A DNA stretch of 64,000 nucleotides from the NCBI GenBank assembly GCA_965205025.1, contig CBDBFU010000015.1, positions 384,001 to 448,000 of the forward strand. The letters run 5' to 3'. Position numbers and translations under genes: made by a program. The DNA is from Candidatus Poribacteria bacterium (GTDB lineage Bacteria; Poribacteria; WGA-4E; WGA-3G). Below, in pieces: positions 20,399-30,420 of the stretch. Below the pieces are notes generated by a model. The model worked only from the letters and a program-made list of their open reading frames with translations, had not been told where the DNA came from and ran no database searches. Within the stretch, counting starts at the first letter, position 1. Each line of letters starts with the position of its first letter.

Positions 20399-21361
20399 TT
20401 ATTTTTGATATGGTTTCAAGTCCCATAGATATACATTTTTTGCTGCCGCCCCCGCCAATAGTGTGCTATCGGGTGAAAACGCGAGTGGACAGACGCCTAT
20501 TTCTGGCACTTCAAATACGGAAACAGGGACATCCCATCTGAGCAGATCATATAGGTGTATTCGTGTATTTTGCTCATAAGTATAGAGAGAGCAAGCGACA
20601 TACTGTTCGCATGGAGCAATAGCGAAACTTTCCACATATCTCTTTTCCCCTGTTTGTGGTGTCGGTTTTTGTATTGCGGACACTTGTTCACCGTGCTGTA
20701 TATTCCATAATGTGAGAGTTTGAGATTTATCTGCGGCATCCCAAAAATGTTCGCTGTCGTTTGAGAATGCTTGGAACTTGAAACCTTCATTTGTAAATCC
20801 GTCAACTGTTTTGCCTTTGCGGATATCATAGATTTGACAGGGGTGGCTGGCAAGGTATCTTCCATTTGCACTAAATGTCAGTTTGTTGCGGGTATTGTTA
20901 TTGTCTGGTTTGTAACGTCTGATCCGTTTTTTGGTTTTGACATAATTAACATTAATTCTGTTGTTTATATCTTGGTATGCGATGCGTTGTGCTGTGTGGC
21001 AATATGCTGCTGCGGTGATTTCTGACCGTAGTCGAAACATCACATAAGGTATATCCTGTCCGAGGTGCCAGAATCTGAGTTTATTTTCAATACTGGAAAT
21101 GATAAAGTATGTTCCTGCAGGTGAGACATCTACAGATAAAAACAATTCATTTTTGGTGGCATATTTAGGACGTGTGGGTTTGAAGATGTGTGGGGGTTGA
21201 TAGAGGCGTGTGATGTTCCAAAAGAAAACACCATCCCATCCATAACAAGCGATAAGTGTCTTGCCATTCGGTGAAAACCGCAGTGTCTCTGGTGGGTATC
21301 CGTGTGCTGGATTAACTTTGGTGCTACGTGTGGGTGGTCTCAAATTAAAGTTGTTCCTCAT
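20399..21361 (-). CDS. WD40-repeat protein
   Basis: LRFSPNGKTL, TFSANGRYLAS, LAFSPDSTLLA...LWD. Confidence 0.85.
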   Translation of the reverse strand: MRNNFNLRPPTRSTKVNPAHGYPPETLRFSPNGKTLIACYGWDGVFFWNITRLYQPPHIFKPTRPKYATKNELFLSVDVSPAGTYFIISSIENKLRFWHLGQDIPYVMFRLRSEITAAAYCHTAQRIAYQDINNRINVNYVKTKKRIRRYKPDNNNTRNKLTFSANGRYLASHPCQIYDIRKGKTVDGFTNEGFKFQAFSNDSEHFWDAADKSQTLTLWNIQHGEQVSAIQKPTPQTGEKRYVESFAIAPCEQYVACSLYTYEQNTRIHLYDLLRWDVPVSVFEVPEIGVCPLAFSPDSTLLAGAAAKNVYLWDLKPYQK

Positions 21362-21454
21362 GTGACATGCCTCTTTGTTCAGGTAAGGTGTTGTGCGTGG
21401 CAGGGATACATGCCTCCCTACAAGGCGTTTAAGATGAAGTTCCTATGTTTAGTT

Positions 21455-21496
21455 GACAACTATTCTTAGTACACGCCGCTGTCAAGGCGAGATGTT
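21455..21496 (-). ncRNA. Putative H-type pseudoknot element, subtype A
   Basis: CUCGCC-UU-GACAGC-GGCG-UGUACUAAGAAUA-GUUGUC; 3' arm overlaps the MITE-end repeat. Confidence 0.45.
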
Positions 21497-21501
21497 AAAA
21501 G

Positions 21502-22116
21502 TTATCTTGGACAATCCCCCGGTTCAACATCGGGTGGTACGATTTGTGGCAAATGGTGTCCTGGAGGGTAACAGTCGTTAAAGGTCATGTTCTCCAAGTT
21601 ATCCGTATGGAACGTTAGGAGTTGCTCACCCGATTGAGACACGACTTTATACTCCCCCGCTCCAAGTGGACCGATATATATCGCCATACCGATAGGGACA
21701 ACAGCATCGGTGCAGACACACTCAACACCCACATGCTTCGTTGCCCAGACGGTAATCGTATTCCCGTCTTGTTCGTAAAAAGCAAGATCGGGACTGACAC
21801 AACCGTTGTGGTGATCTCCCCTAATTTTCAATATCACTTCGGATGTGGTTTTAGAATTAAATGCTTCAACGCCTCCTATAGGCATATCCACCGTCTCATA
21901 TACACATTCAACAGATAGAAGTGTATTATTTGGGTACAATACCACTTGGGGTGGGTGAAATGGTCCTATTGGTGGGTCTTCTATCTCTATCCATCTTGGA
22001 TCATCTGATATACAGTCATTATTTTCACACGGGGGTAATAATGATGTTATCTGTCGCTCGCATGCCAACAGACAGCATGCGAGTGTGATGTATAGGAGTA
22101 TGGTTATTTTTTTCAT
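21502..22116 (-). CDS. Cys-pair lipoprotein, paralog of 15513-16346
   Basis: LLAC lipobox; HHNGC...DGNTI...CTDAV...GEYKV. Confidence 0.75.
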   Translation of the reverse strand: MKKITILLYITLACCLLACERQITSLLPPCENNDCISDDPRWIEIEDPPIGPFHPPQVVLYPNNTLLSVECVYETVDMPIGGVEAFNSKTTSEVILKIRGDHHNGCVSPDLAFYEQDGNTITVWATKHVGVECVCTDAVVPIGMAIYIGPLGAGEYKVVSQSGEQLLTFHTDNLENMTFNDCYPPGHHLPQIVPPDVEPGDCPR

Positions 22117-22143
22117 ATTCAGTTTTCTTTCCTTTGTGCGGTG

Positions 22144-24003
22144 TCATTCCACTGTGATGTTGATAGTGATTTCTTTTTCACCTGTCACAATGAAGTTGTC
22201 AACGCTGATTTCGCGTTCAATTGGGTCTGGGGGTGGCAGCACTGCTTCTGCATTCGGATCCCACGGGTCATCCCAACTGTCAAACCCGAAGTCATCTTTT
22301 TCAAAGGATAACACGACATTAATCAAGCCGGTGTCTATGATCTGATCAGCCATCCGTTGTTGGATAAGTTGCTCAAGGCTTTCAGGAGCTGAAGGTTCTG
22401 GTTCTTCTTCAGCGTCAAAGTCTAAATCAAAGTCAAAGTCAAATTCACTCATCATCGGGTCTGGTGCTCCGTCGGCGTATTGCGACGTGACAGTGAGATA
22501 GGCTTCACCTTCGGGGGCATCTTGCGGTATCTCGAAAGTGACCTCTTTTTTTACTGTGCGTCCATCAAGTGCAGCACTCCAGTGTGGCAATAGCACGATA
22601 GTAAATGTTGCGCTTTCACCGGGGTTGATTTTCTCTGGGACAACCACATCGTGAATCTCGGCAAGTCGAATCTGTGGCGTATCCTTGAAAGTGATGTCAA
22701 CCTTTTGTAAGGTGGCTTTTTCCGCAGCATTTTCTAACATATCCGAAAAAGAGTTGATACTCAAAAACATGTGTGACATCGTCGCATCCACGGGGTCTAC
22801 TGATGCGTATCGGAATCTATCTGTATAGACAGTTTCTGTTTCTTCGAAATGAAACATAACGGTTCCGTCTATTGTGCCGGGACTTTTTTCCTGCCGTATC
22901 GCAGAGAGTGTCATAGGGGCGATGACAGCGATATAAATTTCTTGCCCGTATGCCACCTCGTGAGATTTCTTTATCGCATCACTGCCATCTAACTGATAAG
23001 TGATACTGACAGGTATCATTGCGGGTGGTGTCCCTAACTCCCCGACAATCCCTGGTGTTAGGTCTTTTGTCATGGTGCCGATGGGGTCGCCGTAAGCGGC
23101 TACAGATTTATTGGTTGTATCATAACTTGGAACGAGTCCATTCACAACGGCTCTATATACTGGGAAAGCCACTTTACCGGTACCAAGCAATGGATGCCCC
23201 ATCCCAACAAATGTGCCGTCGTCATAGACTTGCGTGACAGTGCCGAAGCCGAATGCATTGACGATGTCACCTGTTACGGGAGCGATGCCGATCATATCCC
23301 CTGCAGCGAGCGATGATGTAGCGGGTGGTGCTGCTTGTGGTGCACCATCGACACCGGCAATAACGTCAATGAAATCTAAGTGTGCCCTATTTAGAAAAGA
23401 TTCTATCTTTTTGAACTGGTTGGGTTGTACCCCTGTTATCATAAACGGTATTTTCACTGGCGAATATACCGAGTTGATACCACCTGATGGTGCTGCGGGT
23501 GCGTGTTGTTCGGCTAATAAATCCCCTAATGTTTGACGATCTTTTGCGGACTCCATTGCATCAATCGCTGTGACCCAGAATCGATGGGGTGCTTTGGAAA
23601 AGCTGGTACCGTAAGCGAGTGCACCCATCACACGTCCCGGCGGACCGACAGGACTACCGGACATACCACCTGCGATGCCACCTCTTGCATCTGTGGCAAC
23701 ATCTGTCAACTCGCATTCATAGAGCGGGAAACCGTATCCGAAATCACGCACACCGCGAAAGCGTGCATTCAAGGTCACGCGACTGGTGCCATCAAGCACT
23801 GTTACTATCTGAACGAGAGTGTTATCTGCTAACATCTTAGCTTCTGATTCATACATGTTTTGTAGCACAACATCATCACCAAGCGGTGCGCCATATAAGC
23901 CTTGTGTATCAAGTGTAGCTGGATCATTTTGTTGTAATGGATCTTCTGAACAACCGAAAAGACATAGCATTAGTATGCCGATGAGTGGAAAAAAGCGTTT
24001 CAT
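22144..24003 (-). CDS. SpoIVB peptidase S55-domain lipoprotein
   Basis: LFGC lipobox; GGIAGGMSGSPV, GALAYG, FGTVT...GHP. Confidence 0.85.
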   Translation of the reverse strand: MKRFFPLIGILMLCLFGCSEDPLQQNDPATLDTQGLYGAPLGDDVVLQNMYESEAKMLADNTLVQIVTVLDGTSRVTLNARFRGVRDFGYGFPLYECELTDVATDARGGIAGGMSGSPVGPPGRVMGALAYGTSFSKAPHRFWVTAIDAMESAKDRQTLGDLLAEQHAPAAPSGGINSVYSPVKIPFMITGVQPNQFKKIESFLNRAHLDFIDVIAGVDGAPQAAPPATSSLAAGDMIGIAPVTGDIVNAFGFGTVTQVYDDGTFVGMGHPLLGTGKVAFPVYRAVVNGLVPSYDTTNKSVAAYGDPIGTMTKDLTPGIVGELGTPPAMIPVSITYQLDGSDAIKKSHEVAYGQEIYIAVIAPMTLSAIRQEKSPGTIDGTVMFHFEETETVYTDRFRYASVDPVDATMSHMFLSINSFSDMLENAAEKATLQKVDITFKDTPQIRLAEIHDVVVPEKINPGESATFTIVLLPHWSAALDGRTVKKEVTFEIPQDAPEGEAYLTVTSQYADGAPDPMMSEFDFDFDLDFDAEEEPEPSAPESLEQLIQQRMADQIIDTGLINVVLSFEKDDFGFDSWDDPWDPNAEAVLPPPDPIEREISVDNFIVTGEKEITINITVE

Positions 24004-25439
24004 TTTGTCTCCTTTGTGGATTTGAGTGTCACGTTTTCTATACCCTGAACACTTTTAATATCGAGCATCAGTTCAGTGTTGTCTTGATGCGTCTGTAGCA
24101 AGGCATCAAACGATTGAACGTCAGTGATTTCTTGTCCATTGACACCGACGATTAGCGCACCACGCGGAATCTCCGCTTCGGAGCCGGGTGAGGCTTCCTT
24201 TATCTTTTCAACGAGAATGCCGCGATCCTGTTCTGTGAGATAAGCATATCTTTGATGATTGTTCTGTTCCAACTTTCGCACGGCTAAGCCAAGTGTTTTC
24301 CAAGAAACAGACTCGGTGTTCACTGTGTTTCCACTCAATTCAAGTGGCATCTCAATAGGCATTACATTGATTGTAATTTCTTGTGTTTGACGCAATATTT
24401 TAAGAGCATATTGCTTACCTATCATACTTTCCACAAAACGCATTTCCAGCTCAACGAGTCTCGGCACGCGTTCACCTTCAAATTCAACGATAATGTCGTG
24501 AGGTTTTAGATTATTTTGGACAGCACCTGTGTTGGGTGCTACCTCCATAACTTCAATACCTTGTCCGACATCTCGCATCTGTGCGTCAAGATACCCCCGG
24601 ATAACTCTGCCATGCTTCATCAGCTGCTGTGCAATTCCTTTCGCAAGATCACTTTCAACCGCTAAAGAAGCACCTTCGCCCGGATTGAGAGATGTGATAC
24701 CGATGACACCACCTTGCATATTCAATAGGGGACCACCACTACTGCCGGGGTTGATCCACGCATTCGTTTGGATGTAATTATAATGATATTGAAACAGGTT
24801 ATTTCGCTCGTGAAAACAACGGTCTTTGCCACTGACAATACCTGTTGTTACCGTATTTCTATACCCCATAGGGTGTCCGATAGCGATCGTAAATTGTCCA
24901 ATCCGCATCTGTGCCGAATCAGCCAGTTGAAGAAACGGAAAGGGTGCTGACCGTTCAATCTTTAGAACCGCAACATCCGTAATTGCATCACCCCCTATTA
25001 TGTCTGCTTCAAATGTGCTGTTATCAAATAACTCCACGATGACGCTTTTGCCACCCTCTATCACGTGTTGATTCGTTAGGATATAACCGTCTTTATGAAA
25101 AATAAAACCGGACGCAGCCCCGGATGGGTGCATCTCTTTATGTATCTCATCTTTCGTTTTTAAAACGGTAACGCTGACAACCGCAGGCATACTCTGATCT
25201 ACTATTTTCGCAATCGCTTTTTCAAAAGCACCTAAAATCTCAAACTCGTTCGGCGTTTCGGCTGCTAACGCAGGCGAAGTTAGAATAATCAAAAAAAGCA
25301 AAACGGCATACGGGTATGTTCTTCTTTTCATGGCAGCACCTCTTTTACTACTGATAATTGGGTTACAGATAAATATCAATACAGCACCGATTGCTGTATA
25401 TCTTGCGAATTTTCTGGTCATATCAGAACTCCTTGTCAA
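24000..25439 (-). CDS. HtrA/DegP-family serine protease with two PDZ domains
   Basis: SGFI...TNQHV, DVAVLK, INPGSSGGPL, RGYL. Confidence 0.92.
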   Translation of the reverse strand: MTRSSDMTRKFARYTAIGAVLIFICNPIISSKRGAAMKRRTYPYAVLLFLIILTSPALAAETPNEFEILGAFEKAIAKIVDQSMPAVVSVTVLKTKDEIHKEMHPSGAASGFIFHKDGYILTNQHVIEGGKSVIVELFDNSTFEADIIGGDAITDVAVLKIERSAPFPFLQLADSAQMRIGQFTIAIGHPMGYRNTVTTGIVSGKDRCFHERNNLFQYHYNYIQTNAWINPGSSGGPLLNMQGGVIGITSLNPGEGASLAVESDLAKGIAQQLMKHGRVIRGYLDAQMRDVGQGIEVMEVAPNTGAVQNNLKPHDIIVEFEGERVPRLVELEMRFVESMIGKQYALKILRQTQEITINVMPIEMPLELSGNTVNTESVSWKTLGLAVRKLEQNNHQRYAYLTEQDRGILVEKIKEASPGSEAEIPRGALIVGVNGQEITDVQSFDALLQTHQDNTELMLDIKSVQGIENVTLKSTKETK

Positions 25440-25440
25440 A

Positions 25441-27246
25441 TCAGTCTACTTTGTCGTTTTTGGTGATAGATAATGGCTCGCTGTGATTCTTAAGAAAGAT
25501 TTTCATCTTTAGGTTCTTTCGCAATAAGGCAAGCAGCGGTTTACGGTTCTCAATAGGATTACCGAAAAGGCTCAACTTTTTTAGATTTACCAAATTCGAG
25601 AGGGATGCCACATCACGAATCCGATTATTGGAGAGATCTAAGATACTCAGTTGCGTCAGTTTGGCGAGTGAAGATACATCTGCTATCACGTTGTTTCCAA
25701 GATAAAGTTGTGTCAGTTGTGTGAGTTTTGCAAGTGGAGAAATGTCTGAAACAGTGTTGATGCTCAGATATAACACGTTTAATTGTGTTAACGCGGAGAG
25801 TGATGTTATATCTGAAATTGTGTTGTAGTGAAGATATAATGTTTTCAGTCTTTTAAATCTTGTCAGCGGGGGAACATTCGAAATACCGGTGCCGTGAATA
25901 CCTAAAAACTGCAGGTGTTTCAAGTCTTTTAGTGGCGATATATCTGAAGCAGCGGTAAAACCAATATCTAACCCATTCAGTTGTGTGAGTGCTGCAAGTG
26001 GGGAAATATCTGAAATCGGGTTATGTCCAAGCTCTAACCATCTCAGTTGTTTTAATTTTGCCAGTGGCGTAACATCAGAAATATTGTTGTGAAAGAGCGT
26101 AAGTTTTCTGAGATTTCGTGCATGTTGTAGTCCTGTGAGGTCTTTTATTTCTTTCCTTTGGACATTAAGTTCTGTCAAATTTGCGATTGTCCGTGTTGTG
26201 ATTGTGCCGACCTGTTTCTGTATCGCTGTAGCCAGTTGTGGATCTACAATGGTCACGGCTTGGGGTGGTGGAAACGGGAGCGGTTCACTGAGTTTGAAGG
26301 GCAACTCTGTGTGGTTTCCATATACATCGGTAATTCTTAGGGTTAGAGTAGAAGTGTTTGGCACTAATTGGTCTGTTACAAATTCAACGGTGTTGTCTGT
26401 CGTGCCATTGAGTTTTTTACAATCGCGTAATAAAAGGTCGCCATCCTTTTTGGGTGCGAGTAATTTGACGTGATGAATACCATCTGGATCGTCTACCTCA
26501 AAACGTAGATGGATATGATTCGGTAGCGAGGTGAGTCGTGGTTTAAGCATCTTTGCTGTTGTGTTTTGATTACGCGTCGTGGTGCCGGTGTTAAATGCAG
26601 GGTGTACGTCCAACCATTGTGCAGCACAATACGTGGTGATGTGTGCGTCATCGGTATTTAGATATATCCTATTTGCATCAGCATCTGTGCGAAAATCGTG
26701 TGCCAATCCCAAGCTGTGTCCAAGTTCATGGGCAGTTATATCAACGCCGTGTGTACCTTCAAAGCATTCACCAGAAGCAGGCACAATACCACCTTTGTGA
26801 GGTGTACTATAAAAACCGTAGCCACAGGCAACGCCATCAAGCAGTCCAGTGCTAATATCCAGAAAGATAAGGTAAATATCTTTTGACAGGTCAAAACGAC
26901 CAGGAAGTTCCTCCCAAACCGAGCTTGATTTCTTTTGATAATATGTGTCCTTGAACTCACCTTTTACAGTGTGAATGACAGCATTACCTTTTGTATCTTT
27001 TTCAAATAGAAAGGTTTTGTGTCCGAACCCGTGTGCTGCCATCAATCCTGAAAAAACCTGTTGCACATCCTTGATCATTTTGTCTAACTTCATGTCTATA
27101 TCCGGTTGTGGTGTCACATCGTTTGGGTGAAAGTAGATAACTTTGACAATAGGTCTTTCTTGTTCCTGCTGTTGCGCTTGTGTGGTGATGTTCATCCAAA
27201 AACTTAGCAGAACACATAATATGATCGGTAAACGTTTTGTTGTCAT
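25441..27246 (-). CDS. Secreted zinc metalloprotease (HExxHxxGxxH) fused to internalin-type LRRs
   Basis: HELGHSLGLAH; about 9 L..LTQL..L.L..N.ISDISPL repeats. Confidence 0.88.
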   Translation of the reverse strand: MTTKRLPIILCVLLSFWMNITTQAQQQEQERPIVKVIYFHPNDVTPQPDIDMKLDKMIKDVQQVFSGLMAAHGFGHKTFLFEKDTKGNAVIHTVKGEFKDTYYQKKSSSVWEELPGRFDLSKDIYLIFLDISTGLLDGVACGYGFYSTPHKGGIVPASGECFEGTHGVDITAHELGHSLGLAHDFRTDADANRIYLNTDDAHITTYCAAQWLDVHPAFNTGTTTRNQNTTAKMLKPRLTSLPNHIHLRFEVDDPDGIHHVKLLAPKKDGDLLLRDCKKLNGTTDNTVEFVTDQLVPNTSTLTLRITDVYGNHTELPFKLSEPLPFPPPQAVTIVDPQLATAIQKQVGTITTRTIANLTELNVQRKEIKDLTGLQHARNLRKLTLFHNNISDVTPLAKLKQLRWLELGHNPISDISPLAALTQLNGLDIGFTAASDISPLKDLKHLQFLGIHGTGISNVPPLTRFKRLKTLYLHYNTISDITSLSALTQLNVLYLSINTVSDISPLAKLTQLTQLYLGNNVIADVSSLAKLTQLSILDLSNNRIRDVASLSNLVNLKKLSLFGNPIENRKPLLALLRKNLKMKIFLKNHSEPLSITKNDKVD

Positions 27247-27309
27247 AACGAATATCCTCCTACAGCGATGAAGAGATAGAAGAAGTCAATAAACCTTTTA
27301 ATCTGGATA

Positions 27310-27894
27310 TTACCGTTCAGGATTTCTAACTAATTCATTTGAATTAGGTTTGATCTGAAATGTATCCTCTACCTTTTTACTCGGCTCGAAGCCATCGCCT
27401 TTTGTCCAATATGTAATAGATAAAACATCGTTGGACTTATCTATGACTGACATTTTCTCTATCCGTACACGATCCCCCAGTGATGCATAATCAATAGTGC
27501 GAAGGGTCTGCTTATCTACAGCATGAAGATCATAGAAAATACCACTTCCGCCACCTGATTCTGCTATGACGGCAAAAATATATTTATCTCCGACATCTGC
27601 ATGATCCCACAATAAACGATATGTAGTACCACCCTTATTCTCAATCTTATAAGTGTTGTCAAAAACAAGCTTTATTACCGACTCCCCACTTAAGTCCGTG
27701 CTTAGAAATGTAACTTTCTGAAGCAAAGTATCAAATTCCTGTATCTGTTTCGTGTCAGGTCTTTGGGGACCGTTTTGTGTGCGAGGTAGTTCAGGTCCAC
27801 CTACATGCTTCTGTTTAGTGTAAATCGTCCAAACGGTGTAAATAAGTCCGAGGATAAATATAATAACCAAAACGAAAATGATTTTTTTACGCAT
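27310..27894 (-). CDS. Membrane-anchored hypothetical protein; its domain is shared with CDS 123-3101
   Basis: N-terminal TM; GGGSGIFY.L.AVDK.TL...LGDRV. Confidence 0.8.
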   Translation of the reverse strand: MRKKIIFVLVIIFILGLIYTVWTIYTKQKHVGGPELPRTQNGPQRPDTKQIQEFDTLLQKVTFLSTDLSGESVIKLVFDNTYKIENKGGTTYRLLWDHADVGDKYIFAVIAESGGGSGIFYDLHAVDKQTLRTIDYASLGDRVRIEKMSVIDKSNDVLSITYWTKGDGFEPSKKVEDTFQIKPNSNELVRNPER

Positions 27895-27966
27895 AATGAA
27901 AATCTCCGTATTTATACCAAATTAACTTGATTCCAATCTAATTGTGAGACCTTTAAGTATCTTTGA

Positions 27967-27997
27967 TGCGGGGGTTTTGCGTCTCCCCGCAGGACGT
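27967..27997 (-). ncRNA. Putative H-type pseudoknot element, subtype B
   Basis: ACGUC-CU-GCGGGG-A-GACG-CAAAAC-CCCCGCA; five copies in window. Confidence 0.55.
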
Positions 27998-28175
27998 TCC
28001 TAAGTGAGAGTACTTATACTATAGTGCTGTTTTTTCTGCGGATGCAGCCGCCACCTGCACATTGGGCGGAAGAGGATTATTTTTTGTCTCTAAACGATTA
28101 CAGCGTACTATTTTTGACGATCCATTTATTTTTATTTACAAACTATGTTCTATCTTCTCCATCTTCAGTGAATTC

Positions 28176-30164
28176 TTAGTCGAACAACCGGAACGTTCCA
28201 TCTCTGACAATTAGTATATTCGGTTCATAAACAGCATCGCCGTCAGCATTAAAAGAGAACTTTCCCAAAATGGTATCAAGTTCACTGATATTCGCGAGTG
28301 CGTCGCGTACAGAATGTGCATCTGTAGCAGCAGCGTTTTTCAATGCTTCAGCGAAAACATGCACACAGGCATAGGATACGGCTGCGAAAGCATTTGGCGT
28401 TGTGCCGTAAGTTATTTTATATTTTTCAACAAATGTTTGGTTTCCCGGTGTGTTCGCCGTGCTCAGCCATCCCGTGAATGTAAGAGCACCCTCTGCGGCA
28501 GCTCCTGCTGCTTTTACTTCTGCATCGGTAAGAGAACTGATGAGAATAGGCACAGTAATACCGAGTTCTCGTGCTTGAATCAAGATTCCTGGTTTTTCTG
28601 GTGGCAGTGCGGACACAAAGAGTGCATCCGGGTTCAATGCTTTTATACGTGTCAATTGCTCTGTAAAGTCTATCGTACCACTTGTGTAGGTTTGTGTACC
28701 AAGCACTTCAACATTATTGTCGACAAAGGCTTGTTGTAATGCAGCATCTCGGTCTGTAGAGAACAGGTCTTTTTCATCATACAGTGTCGCCACCCTTTGG
28801 TACCCCATTCTCCTTTTTGTAATCTCAACACCTCTGGGAATAACAATATCTGTTGTCAGTGCAACCCGAAAGACAAAATCGCCTATTGCCCCAAGTCCGC
28901 GAGCACCAGCTGTCGGACTGACGGCTACAACCTCATTTTCTTGTGCGATTGGAAACGCAGCACGCGCTGAACTCGATGAGGCGGGTCCCAGAATGACAGA
29001 CACACCCTGTTCGTGAATTAGTTCCTCAAACACCGCCACTGCCCCTTCCGCAGTGCTGTTATCGTCTGCGATAATGTAATTAACCAGTATATTATCCTGT
29101 GCATCACCATACTTGCCAAAGAGTTCTTCAAAAGCTAAAACAAAACCTGTTTTCATGATCTCACCTATCTCGGCTAAATGTCCTGACAATGGCAAAACCA
29201 GTCCAACATCCATGTTTACATAGGGGCTTATCGGGGAATCGGGTGGTTTCTCCTCTGAAATACCCGGTTCAGAGGAGCCTTCCTCGTGATGCGATAATTC
29301 CGTTGTATACATGACCGACAATACGGGTTGACCAAAATTCTGTGAAACCTGCACTAAATCTAATATATTTATCTGACCATCCGCATTCACATCCGCTTTG
29401 CGATTCGTATCGGTGATAGGTTCTCCGAAAACGGCAGCAACGCGCGTCAAATCCAAAATATTTACAACACCATCCGCATTGACATCACTGGGAAGCTGTT
29501 TGAATGTTGCTACATTATTATGAAGTTTCGAATTTAGTTCCTTATCGTCTGCACCAAAGAGTGATATTCCTACTAAATTGATAACCATTGGCGAATCGGG
29601 ATTGATCACATCAAATGACAACGATGCGAGCGTGCCATCGCCACCTGAAAATGTGACCGTGCCATCTGAAGCAAGTGGCGCTGAACTCAACACAGTTATG
29701 ACTTGAAACTTTAAATCAGACGGATCCACATCGGTGTCTACATCTGGCAATATTCCAATCAACGCGGGATCCGGTATTTTAAAAAAGAAATCTGATAATG
29801 AAAGCGTCTGGGCGTCTTCACCTGGTCCAAAAGCAACAGACTGTCCCGTGGTTGTTGTTTTGTCGATGCTGAGTTGAAGTTCGTAGGTATCATTGTCCCC
29901 CAACGCAGGACGAATAAAGATGCCATCGGGAGGCAGGTAATCTCCTTGTGTGGTGTCAACATATTTCAAGACAGTTGGATCATAGGCAACCAGTAGATTA
30001 TAACCTGCGACTCCTTTCCCGTCTGCCAAGTGAATATCAACTTTTATTTTTGGTAAAGTCACGTTGGTATCATGTTTAAGAGATACCACCATTTCAGCAT
30101 AACTCAGTGCTGTCCAGCCTAATAACAAGATGGTTGTCAATAAACCGCAAAATGTTTTTCTCAC
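28176..30164 (-). CDS. Cohesin-like + dockerin + LivJ-type periplasmic binding protein fusion
   Basis: VAGYNLLVAYDPTVLKY...GDGTLASLSF; DVNADG..NILDL twice; VGLVLPLSG, DFTEQLTRIK. Confidence 0.85.
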   Translation of the reverse strand: MRKTFCGLLTTILLLGWTALSYAEMVVSLKHDTNVTLPKIKVDIHLADGKGVAGYNLLVAYDPTVLKYVDTTQGDYLPPDGIFIRPALGDNDTYELQLSIDKTTTTGQSVAFGPGEDAQTLSLSDFFFKIPDPALIGILPDVDTDVDPSDLKFQVITVLSSAPLASDGTVTFSGGDGTLASLSFDVINPDSPMVINLVGISLFGADDKELNSKLHNNVATFKQLPSDVNADGVVNILDLTRVAAVFGEPITDTNRKADVNADGQINILDLVQVSQNFGQPVLSVMYTTELSHHEEGSSEPGISEEKPPDSPISPYVNMDVGLVLPLSGHLAEIGEIMKTGFVLAFEELFGKYGDAQDNILVNYIIADDNSTAEGAVAVFEELIHEQGVSVILGPASSSSARAAFPIAQENEVVAVSPTAGARGLGAIGDFVFRVALTTDIVIPRGVEITKRRMGYQRVATLYDEKDLFSTDRDAALQQAFVDNNVEVLGTQTYTSGTIDFTEQLTRIKALNPDALFVSALPPEKPGILIQARELGITVPILISSLTDAEVKAAGAAAEGALTFTGWLSTANTPGNQTFVEKYKITYGTTPNAFAAVSYACVHVFAEALKNAAATDAHSVRDALANISELDTILGKFSFNADGDAVYEPNILIVRDGTFRLFD

Positions 30165-30256
30165 GATTATGTTCTCCTATGTTTGTACCGTAAACTTTCC
30201 AGTTTGCGGTCTTTTCTGTAGAATGTTTTTCTCACGATTATGTTCTCCTATGTATA

Positions 30257-30355
30257 TGCACGGGTTTTGTGTCTCCCCGCAGGTGTTGAATCGTTTTTTG
30301 TTCATTTTCACATGTGCCAGTTTTTTTTACACGCCACTGGCGGGGACGAGGTGTT
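30257..30355 (-). ncRNA. Tandem pseudoknot module: subtype A (30316-30355) then degenerate subtype B (30257-30287)
   Basis: CUCGUC-CCC-GCCAGU-GGCG-UGUA7-ACUGGC ... CCUGCGGGGAGACACAAAACCCG. Confidence 0.5.
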
Positions 30356-30420
30356 CAGATAGGCGTCTGGTCTATGGGTTAGGGGAAGAGGTATAGACCA
30401 GACATAAGGACGTGCAACTT

